Assembly: GCA_951406725.2 (NCBI GenBank)
Contig: OX597829.1
Coordinates: 23,746,001-23,810,000 of the forward strand
Source: Octopus vulgaris
Lineage: Eukaryota
Reading direction: 5' to 3'
DNA length: 64,000 nt
Shown here: positions 53,791 to 64,000 of the stretch, in pieces
Layout: the number at the start of each line of letters is the position of its first letter
Position numbering within the stretch: position 1 is the stretch's first letter
The notes under the pieces: generated by a model
Told to the model about the DNA's origin: nothing
Seen by the model: the letters and a program-made list of their open reading frames with translations, nothing else
Databases searched by the model: none
Position numbers and translations under genes: made by a program

Positions 53791-56650
53791 ATATATAACT
53801 TCATTGAGTTGTTTGTGTGTACACAGCTTTTTTGTAGATCTCCAGTCTATTCTGTATGATAATAGCTAGTTTTATCTCTGTGACTGCAAAGGAGAAAGGC
53901 AGAATAAAAGGAATGTACGCAGATAGAAATAATGAGAGGTCTAACTTCGGGTGTTGATCAACATATCGAGAAGAGTTGCTCTTTGACCACAAGACTGGTT
54001 GATCTAAAGAGAAAAAGAAAGCTTACTCCTCAGCTAGATGCTGAATGACCAAAAGATATTGACTGATATTAGCTTGTGTATTTATATTTTTGCTAATTTA
54101 ATTAGGTCAACCAAAAATAATTGGATTCCTCTATATCATATTTGACCGATGAATACCTTGAAAAAGGTTTGAGAGGTCAGTGCAACTGGTGAAGACAATA
54201 GGCCGAGAACTTGTTTGATAATGTAGAAAAATGTGGAGTCACTTTCAAATCTCATCAAAGGTATTTGTTACATAGCTATCCATATATATATATATATATA
54301 TATGGTTTCTGCTAGCCTTTTGGAGCCCAGAAGATGGTTGCACAGCCAGAAGTCGATAGCCGATAACCAAGGGGGATAATCCCCATTGTTACCTTTGAGT
54401 AGCGAGACATTTCTTCCCCCATGTTTTTAAAACGTCTTGGGCCAACAGGTTTTGGCATCTGACAATAAGCCATAAAACTAAACCCTTTATGGACAAAAAA
54501 ACTAAGGTAATGCCATGAACTGGCCTTCCCCATTTTTAATATATACTGCTCTATATCTTAGAGTGTGCTTCTTTTTTTGGATTTATGTTTTTTTACAAAT
54601 TATATATATATATATATATCATCATCACTGTTTAACATTTATCTTCTGTACTAGCATGGACTGGATGATTTAACAGGAGCTGATAAGCCAGAGACCAAGC
54701 TTCAGTGTCTGCTTTGACATGGTTTCTATGGCTAGCCACTCTTCCTAATTCCAACCATGTTACAGAGTGTACTAGGTGTGTTTTATATGATACAGGTACT
54801 AGTGATGTAGCTACGTAACTCACAAGACAGGATCTCTCCACTGTGGGAGAGGGGTACAGTACTGAGGGAGGTGGCTTTATGGCAGAAGGACAGGAACAGG
54901 TGTCTTGCTGTGGAGAAAATATGTGGCTACTCCAAATGGAAAAGGAGAGAAGATAGATGAGAGCTGTCAAGGTATACCTTCATATTACATGAAGGTGAAT
55001 GCAAGAGAAATGGTCTGGAGAATTGGACTGGGTGAATGAGTAGGTAAGTTTGGGAGGGTGTGAAAGGGTAGTGATAAATGGATAGAGAAAGGGGGAAAAA
55101 AGGCAAATGTAGTGAATAGAGGTGCGGTCAATGATGAATACTAGTTTGGAGGAGGAAAGATAGAGGAAATAGGATTGGGACAGGGAAGTAATGGATGGCA
55201 GCACAGATGATGTGGCATGTGGACAGTGTGTACAAGATACACAGTGCCAAATACAAGGTCAGAGGTACATAGGGATGGAAATAGGAAACATACATGAGTA
55301 GTGGGGGAACATCATTGGTAGAATGAGAGAGTGTAAAAGGAAACAATGGTGGTAAAGGGGCATTCAGCAGAAAATAAGACAGTAAGGAATGACACTGAGA
55401 ATGAAAGAAACAAAGAAATTGATACCAGGGAGGGTGAATGGGAGCACAAAATGGTGATGAAATATTTTCGGTTCTGTACTCATAGAATTTCAGTAGCTGA
55501 GTGAATAGTGCAACTCTTAAGAATAACTGATGTGTTCCACTGAAAAAAAAGGTTACCAAAGATTTTATCTTTGAAAATGAAACATTTAGAAAATGTACTC
55601 AGTGACTTGTAAGAGATTTTCCCGTTAAACAACTAATCCAACATTAGATTCTATGTATTGAGTACATTTTCATTGCTTGTGCCTGACTTCAGTATACATA
55701 ACAAGAATTCTTAATTATTCAGTAATGTGTCTGTGTGTGCATGCATACCTGTGTGTGTGTACATCTGCATATGTGTGAGCATATTGGACTATGACCTCAG
55801 GGTGTTGGACCTCGGAGGTGAGGAGTGAATGCAATAAATGGTGAGATGCTGTCAGAAAGGACCTGTCCAAACCATGGAAACAAGCAAACATGACAATGAT
55901 GATTATGAGGATGGGGATGAAGATGATGACAATAACTGTAAGTTTTCTTAACTGCCTCCTCAAAGATTCCTTGTCCTGCAAGATATTTAATGACCCTGCC
56001 AGTGTTAGTGGCACTTAAAAAGCATCCAGTTCACATTTTAAAGTGGTTGGCACTTGGAAGAGCATCCAGCTGGAAAAACCATACAAAAACTGACCTTACC
56101 TGTGTTGTAAAAAACATTCAGTCCACTCTGCTGAATGGTTGGTGTTAGGAAGGGCATCCAGCCATGAAATATTATGCTAAAGCAGACACAAAAGTATGGT
56201 GAAGTCTTCTGCCAGACTGGCTCCTGTCAAACCATCTAACCCATGCCAGCATGGAAGGCAGATGTCAAATAATGATGAGGATGATGAATAACATGCATTA
56301 ACTAAATAAAGGACTTCTTACGAGGAATAAAATGAAACAGCTATTACCTCTTTTGATACTCTCCCACATGAGACCACCCCTGGTTCTATGAGACAAACTT
56401 CCTGTTTTAAAGTGATTCAAACTTAAAACCTTCCATCAAAATTCCAAACAACAACTTGATAATTATAAAGATATTTTACTAAATTCTTCATTATTTTCAA
56501 AATTAATTGAAACAAAGGCATTATTATCTCTACAGAAATATTCTAACAAAACAGCTAAAAGGAGCTTCACAGTTACTTCATAGTTTCACCAGAATTGTCT
56601 TCCCAATTACATGTAAGATGCCACCATTATCTTAACAAATGGAAAATGTT

Positions 56651-56868
56651 TTAACCCTTTTGTTACCAACCTGACCGAAACCTGCTCTGGCTCTGAGTTC
56701 AAATGTCTTATTTTCATAAGTTTTGAATTAAAATCTTCCACCAAACCTTAGTCACAATTCATGTTCCTAACACTAGCTGAATGATAACTAAGTTATTTTG
56801 CTAAATTCTTTGTTATCTTTAAAGTAATTGAAAGAAACACAGAGCATCTCAAAATAAATAAAGGTTAG
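56651..56868. mobile_element. piggyBac-type MITE
   Basis: TTAA-CCCTTT start and aaaggttag end; older relative at 56345-56560; mini copy TTAACCCT...AGGGTTAA at 57815-57904. Confidence 0.6.
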
Positions 56869-58604
56869 AATTCAGAATTTGCATTCAACACTTAAAACCA
56901 ATTCTGCCATACAAATAAATTTATCATAATTTTATTCTGGTTCTGATGAACCATTTCCGGTTTCCAAAGTAACAAATTCTATCCAATGTTTGCATTTCAT
57001 TTATCAGCAGAGACAACAGTCTGGAGTGTTTTGATATACATGTATTTTTAACTGTTTACGCAGGCGTTATGCAATTTTAGTTTTAGCTTTGTTTTCCCTT
57101 TGGTTTTATTTTCCATCTTTATCATTATTAAACCTAAAGATTTCTTTGTTTAACATCTCCCCCCACCCCACACAATAAAATCTGAATACAATGGTACTAT
57201 TGTTGCTTAAGAACTAAAAATACTTCTTTTTGTAAAGCACAAAATATAGAGGGACCAAATTGCAGTAGAGTTCTGTCATATATATATAATATAGTAAAGT
57301 TCTTTGTAAATGAAATATGGAACAATTGTATCATATATGAATTATGCTACAGATCATCACCATCATCATCACTATCACCCTTGCCATCATCATCATCTTC
57401 ATCATCATTATTAAATTGAATTTACTTTCTGTCTTCTACCATGTCAAGTTATAATTAGGTATATATTTCTGTCGTTCCTGAAAATCAATGGAAATTGGGC
57501 AATGCTACAAGAAAGATATTGCATTTTTTGTTTTTGTTTTGCTCTTCTTAATTTTAAACACACAAATTAGAGATGGGTCACAAACTGGAAATATATACAG
57601 CAATCAACTAAATGAGTCTGTTCATTGGTTAATTCTTGCTGGAACTGACTTAATTATGCTTTCATTCAGATTCAATGAATAGTGGCCATAAATAGCAGTC
57701 AAATATTGGTATCAGTTCAATGGGCAATACTACCAACACCTGGTTAAGAATTACTGACAGGTCAATTGACAATAGCTCCAACCATTGGTCAGGTATTGGT
57801 AACAGTTCAGCAGCTTAACCCTGTGACTAAGGTTTGGTGGAAGATTTTAATTCAAAACTTATGAAAATAAGACAGTTGAACTCAGAGCCAGAGCAAAGGG
57901 TTAAAACATTTTCCATTTGTTAAGATAATGGTGGCATCTTACATGTAATGATCACTGTGTAATTATATATATATATATACATTTGTGACCAAAACTCTAA
58001 ATTTTGGATCAATCTAGAATCATTATCATCATCATCAACATTTAAAATCTGTTTTCCATGCTGGCATGGGTTGGACAGCTTCACTGGGACTGGCAAGGCT
58101 AGGGTCCACACCAAGTCCCATAGTCTGTTTTTTTGGTTTGCTTTCTGCAGATGGATACCCTTCCTAACACCAACCACTCCACAGAGTATACTGGGTGTGT
58201 GTGTATGTGGCATCATCACCAATACTTTTTACGTGGTACCAGCACCCACACCTTGGTTGTAGGATCTCATTTCTGTTGTGATGGACAGGTCTTCTTGAGC
58301 ACAGCAATTCACTACATATCTCAGTTCTCAGCCATCTCCTTCATAAGGTTCAGCATTCTAATTGTGAAAATCTTATATAAGTTCTAATTTTAGTATATTC
58401 TAATAAAAATATTGCTTTTATTGTTTATTTTAGACATTGTCTCTGTCCTAAAGCCACAACTCTCATTCATTGCAATCACATCCTCTTCCTTTTTTCTGTC
58501 TCAATCTTTACTCTTAGATTTACTTCTGTATCACTTTTGTCTAACTTACACTGGCAATAATCTTATAACAGTTATAATTTTAAAGAAACAAAGGAAATAT
58601 TGTA

Positions 58605-58995
58605 TAAGTGCAGGCATGGCTGTGAGGATAGACACAGATGTAGCTGTGTGGATAGACACAGACATGGCTATGTGGTAAGAAGCTTCCTTCTCAACCACAT
58701 GGTTCTAGGTTCAGTCCTGTCCTGTAGCACCTTCAGCAGGTGTCTTCTACAATAGCTTTGGGTTAACTAAATGCTTGTGAGTGGATTTGGTAGACAGAAA
58801 CTGTCTACCAAATTTCATTTATCATATATATATGACGGGCTTCTTTCAGTTTCCATCTACCAAATCCATACACAAAGCTTTCTTCAGCCTGAGGCTATAG
58901 TAAAAAATACTGGCCCAAGGTGCCATGCAGTAGGACTGAACCTGGAATGATGTAGTTGGGAAGCAAACTTCTTACTACACAGCCACATCTGTGCT
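58605..58995. mobile_element. Two SINE family B 5' halves in inverted orientation
   Basis: Plus copy to 58803, minus copy 58830-58995. Confidence 0.7.
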
Positions 58996-60789
58996 TATAT
59001 ATTATACTCATCACCGTTGTCATCATCATGATTTAATGTCCACTTCTCTGTCCTTGTTTGTGTCAGATTGTATTTATTAAGGCAGATTTTCTACAACCGG
59101 GTGCCCTTCCTGTCACCAACTCTCAGTTGTTTCCAAGCTGGACATATTTTCATGGAAGATTGGAAATGAGAGACACCATTTATATGGCACTAACACTCAT
59201 TTTACAACTATAGTGTGATGTCAAGACGAGGAGACACTAACGTAGACACACACACACCAACACTCACAAGACTTTAGTCAGCCCAGGACTATAATAGTTG
59301 AAACTTACCTAAGGTGCCACACATTGGGATTGAGCCTGCAACCACATGACTAAGAAATAAACTTCTTAACCACACATCCTGAGTAGCTAAGATTTTAATG
59401 CAGACAATATCAAACAATAAAGAGTTGTGTTGGCTGCTACTCTTTCATCTCAAATTGGTGTTTACATATCACACACACACACGTATACATTACTTGTAGA
59501 AGGGGAAGCCATATTTTGCAAGTATTTGCAATAATAACTATATAGAATATATTAATTTTTATGCCAAAAGTCACAAAATTTTCCAGACAGACAAAAACCA
59601 TAATTATATCACCAATATTAAAAACGAGATATCGAATTCATGGCAAAATAGGTAACCATTGACATAGACTCGACATAGTTTTGCATCTGTGGTAATGACA
59701 GCTTTTGAATGATGACTTCATCAAGAATATAAATCAATATCTTTATATAAATAAAGCTTATTGCAATAGTGGGAGCACTGTACAATTGATTAGTGCTTCT
59801 ACTAGGCTGTTCTTTTTTTTTTTTTGCATAATGCAGTACATCCTCCTCATTGCCCATCATCGTTATCCTCATCATCATTGTTATCATCTTCATTATCCTC
59901 CTCCTCATCATTATCATTGCCATTATTATCATTACCATTTAATGTACATCCATGCAGGCATGGGCGTGGGTTGAATGATGTAACACAAATCTAATGGATC
60001 AAGCTCCAGTGTCTGCTTTGGCATGGTTTCCACAGTTGGATACCTACCTTCCCAATACCAACACCAACACCACCACTAATGAGATCACCATGCAGCTTGC
60101 AAGACTAAGATACCCCTTTGACTGAGTGGAGCTAGAGTAGAGAGGGAAGTAGCTTTATGTTATGAGATGAGAGAAGGAACCAGAAAAGAATAGGTTTCTT
60201 GCTGCAGAAGAACTACATGACCACTCTCATTATAGAAGAGTACGTGGACTTGAAAATTTTAATACTTTTCTATGACATAGAGGTCATGGGATTCAACCAG
60301 CATATAATCTCTAGAACGATTATGGTTTCCACTCAGGACACATTTTGGGCTAGAGTTTAGTCTACTGAATTGGCCCCCAAAACTTAATACAGAAAACAAA
60401 ATATTTTTTGAAAAATTTCAGTATTTGTTAAAACATGGAAGAAAAATCCCACCAGGTCATCTTTACTTTCCATCTATCTAGGGTCAATAAAATAAAATAC
60501 CAGTTGAGTACTGAGGCTGTTATACATAAAAAATGCTGGCCTTGTGCCAAAATTAGAAAAAAATGCTGTGAGCTGGTAGAATCTTTAAAGCATAGGACAA
60601 AATGCGTAATGGCATGTGTTCTCACTCATTACATTATGAGTTCAAATTCCATCAGAATCAACTTTGACTTCCAGCCATTCAAAGTCAATAAAATAAAGTA
60701 GTATTCAATATAACTGACTAGCCCCACCCTCTCCCAAAATTTCAGGCCTTGTGCCTATAGAACCAAGGATTATTATCATTATTATTATT

Positions 60790-61250
60790 GAGTGAGAGAG
60801 CAGTACATGCCATCAAAGTGACACTGGAGTACAAATATATGAAACCCAATATACCCATCATGACTATCCATATGATAAGGGTACACCAGGCATATGCATT
60901 GCAACCATATGTACATGACACAATGATCTCATATGAAGATAGACAGTGCATGGCCTTGCAGGCAGGGCCCAGTTAGAGTTTTCTTCATGTCAAGTAGCCC
61001 AGCCCACCCAAAGGTTCCCTGAATAAGGTTTGTTTAAGGGTGATGTACAAACACCCATATTTCCTGATGTGAATTAGTCAAACCCCAAAGAATTCCTCTC
61101 AACACATAGCTATGAATCTTCCCCACTACTTCTACTCATGATCAGAGATGCACATATCATCAGCCACTAAGGGACATACCTAATAAGTTAAGGTCAAGCA
61201 ACTGACAAGTAAAACTGCGGTATTGAGCAGAATATTTGTTATATCCAACC
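60790..61250 (-). mobile_element. Repeat family C (diverged)
   Basis: Homologous to 26958-27420. Confidence 0.75.
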
Positions 61251-61274
61251 TTTTTGGTGTTGTCATTTTCACTA

Positions 61275-61765
61275 TCTTGAAGTGTTTTACATAAGATGTG
61301 TGCAGTGCCTAGCAGTGGTATTTTCTGTATATTCTTAAGTCCAGGTGTTTTGGTTATGTATTTGTTTGTATGCTTTTTAATCATACCTAATGCACCTATT
61401 ATTATAGGGATTGTTTCTGTTTTTAGGCTCCACATTCAGGTTATCTCTATTTCTAGATCTTTGTATTTCAAGATTTTCTCTATTTCTTTCAGAGACACAT
61501 TGTCATCTGTTGGGATTGAAATGTTGATTAGAAGGCACTGTTTTCTTAGTGATCTTTGACAACTATGTCTGGTCTATTAGTCTTGATCTCTTTATCTGTG
61601 TGTATTGGCATATCCCAGAGTATGGTTGCTTTATCATTTTCTGTGACCTTTTCTGGGATATGCCATTACCATCTTTTCTTTGTTGTCATTCCGTAGTACT
61701 GATACAGCTTCCGGTGTATGTAGATCCTAACTCTGTCATGTCAGTGGATATATTCCTTCTTAGAT
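61275..61765 (-). pseudogene. R4/Dong-type LINE C-terminus (RLE domain)
   Basis: RHDRVRIYIH...ILWDMPIHTDKEIKTNRPDIVV...MWSLKTETIPIIIGALGMI...LLGTAHIL. Confidence 0.85.
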
Positions 61766-61787
61766 TATTATTATTATTATTCTTACT

Positions 61788-62263
61788 GAGTGAGATAGCA
61801 GCGCATGTCCAATATACTCAATATGACTACCCATCTGATAAGGGTACACGTATGTGACATAGTGATCTATGCTAAACAGTACATGACCTTGCAAGTAGAG
61901 CCCTATTAGAATTTTCTTCTGGTCAAGTAGCCCATCCACTCAAAAGGTCCCTAAGTAAGGGTTGTTTGAGGATATTGAATGAACCACCCATGTTTCCAAA
62001 GGTGAATTGTTCAAACCCCAAAGAATCCCTCTCAACACATGGCTATGATACTTCCCTACTACTTCTGTTCGTGATCAGAGATGCACACATCGTCAGCCAC
62101 TAGGGGACATGGTCAACTGGTTAAGGTCAAACAACTGACAAGCAAACCTGTGGTATTGAGCTGAATATTTGCTGTAGTCCATCTTTTATACCAAGACAAA
62201 ACAATGAACATGATAAAACTTCCAATGAGTTAAGATCATGAGGGCCACTGCCTGGTATTGCAT
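61788..62263 (-). mobile_element. Repeat family C (internally deleted)
   Basis: Homologous to 26958-27510. Confidence 0.75.
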
Positions 62264-62264
62264 C

Positions 62265-62565
62265 TTCTGGCAGAACTGTTATTATGTCAGGTGAAATGCT
62301 TAGCGGCATTTCGTCCCTCTTCACATTCTAAGTTCAAATTCCACTGAGGTCGACTTTGCCTTTCATCCTTTTGAGATCGATAAAATAAGTACCAGTTGAG
62401 TACTGGGGGGGGGGGGGTCGATGTAATTGACTTATCCCCTCTCCAGAAATTTCAGACCTTGTACCAATAGCAGAAAGGATTATTATTACTAGTTGAACAC
62501 TGAGGCCGATGTAATTGGCTCATACCCTCCTACCAAAATTGCTGCCGTTGTGGCAAAATTTGAAA
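62265..62565 (+). mobile_element. SINE family A variant
   Basis: ctggcagaa...aagttcaaattcc...gcctttcatccttt. Confidence 0.75.
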
Positions 62566-63825
62566 TTATTATTATTATTATTATTATTAATGATGATGAT
62601 GATGATGATTATCAAAGTGACTTATCAAAAACAGGTTGTAATTGATGTTGATAATGTTGTTAATATGCTTTCTATTCTATTTTATATAGATTTTGTTTTG
62701 TCACAGTTGTAATTATTTTATGCATAAACAATATTTTTATTAATAATTATTGTACAAAACAAGAGAAAGAGAGCAAATAATATTAATCCATAAATATTAT
62801 CATGGTTATTATTATTGTTATTATTATTATTATTAATATTAATATTATTGTAATTTAAACAAATATATAAAAATAAACGTTGTTTACAGTTGAGGAAACT
62901 AAATTAATTTCCGGAAAACGACAAGAATTTAAATAAAAATAAATAGTATGTACAAAACAGAACAAACTAAAATAATTTCCAAGTTCCTCTTATTATGGAA
63001 TCTGGAACCATTTGCAAGGGTGTATCACCATTCAAAGGAGCATGAACTAACTCACTCTGTAGACAAGCCCTTGCCCTGTCTGTCTGTCTGGTTTCTCTCT
63101 CTCTCTCTCTCTCTCTTTCCCTCTCCCTCTCTCCCCCATTCATCGATTAGGAGGTGGAGTATTTTCTAAACGGAAATAGAGGGAAGCTGAGAACGAGAAG
63201 GAGTATATTATTAATGTATAGAAATGTGTGTGTGTGTGTCTGAGCACACCATGCATGTTGCATGTCCCTGCATGAGCCAGCAATATTTGTACCTTCAGAG
63301 AGTGACTCATGGCATGACAGCATTCAGATGCCAGGGTGGGTAGGAGCGCATCGGAGGAAAACAAGCAGCCGTAGTGGCAGCCGCTGGCTGAGGTAGTAGT
63401 GATGGAGTGATGATAGTGGCGGTCACGGTGGTGATGATGGTGGTGGTGGTGGTGGTGGTGGTGATCATGATCGTGGTTGTAGTGACAATGGCTGTACTGG
63501 TGATGGTAATGTTATTGTTGTTGCTGTTGTAGTGGTGGTGGTCGTCGTGGAGATTGTTGTGATGGTTGTTTGGATGGAAGTAGTAGTGGTAGTAGATATT
63601 GACAGTTTTGACAGTAGTGGTTAGTTGTTGATTGTATGGATGGTAGTAGCTGATTAAAGTAGCAACAGTGATAGTAATACTAGTAGTAATAACAGTAGAG
63701 GTGGTGGTGGTGGTTGTGTTGAATTTTACAGGGTGTTGTTGTTTTTGTTGTTGTCGCTTAACCCCAAGTCAGTCCTGGCTGGACAGACCAATGATCAAAG
63801 ACATTCCTACCATGACTATCCATTC

Positions 63826-64000
63826 TTATTTCTTTACTGCCCACAAGGGACTACACAGTGAGGGGACAAACAAGGGCAGACAAATGGATTAAGTCGATTA
63901 TATCGACCTCAGTGCGTAACTGGTACTTATTTAATTGACCCTGAAATGATGAAAGGCAAAGCCGACCTCAGCGGAATTTGAACTCAGAACATAGCGGCAG
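63826..64000 (-). mobile_element. SINE family A (runs off window)
   Basis: Reverse complement of family A consensus. Confidence 0.8.

Noticed and set aside
63140-63400. GC-richer segment with possible splice signals on either strand
   Set aside because: No recognisable peptide or consistent acceptor-donor pair
63389-63410. TGAGGTAGTAG resembling let-7 5' end
   Set aside because: Match stops after 11 nt, lies at the edge of a GTA/GGT low-complexity tract, no star arm

Overview
Repeat-saturated, microsatellite-rich animal DNA, most consistent with an octopod cephalopod (inferred from the mix of tRNA-derived SINEs, RTE/R4-Dong/Penelope relics and long TA, TG, AAT and TATG arrays). No intact protein-coding ORF is visible: the supplied ORFs are microsatellite read-throughs, SINE sequence or decayed retroelement fragments. 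Supported content: three non-autonomous Helitrons; fragments of RTE, R4/Dong-type and Penelope-like (GIY-YIG) retroelements; at least five SINE-like families; mariner- and piggyBac-type MITEs; a 15-bp-unit foldback element; and one candidate promoter/first exon ending ATG|GTAAGC at about 31.45 kb. The most notable signal is a set of minimal hammerhead-ribozyme motifs in several short repeat families. One family joins a tRNA-like Pol III head to a hammerhead tail and sits in a head-to-head inverted arrangement at both loci. Also notable are recurrent fold-back and inverted duplications and a visually apparent switch between CpG-retaining and CpG-depleted domains. Family letters A-E are my own labels, boundaries of degraded repeats are approximate, and no database search or folding program was run.
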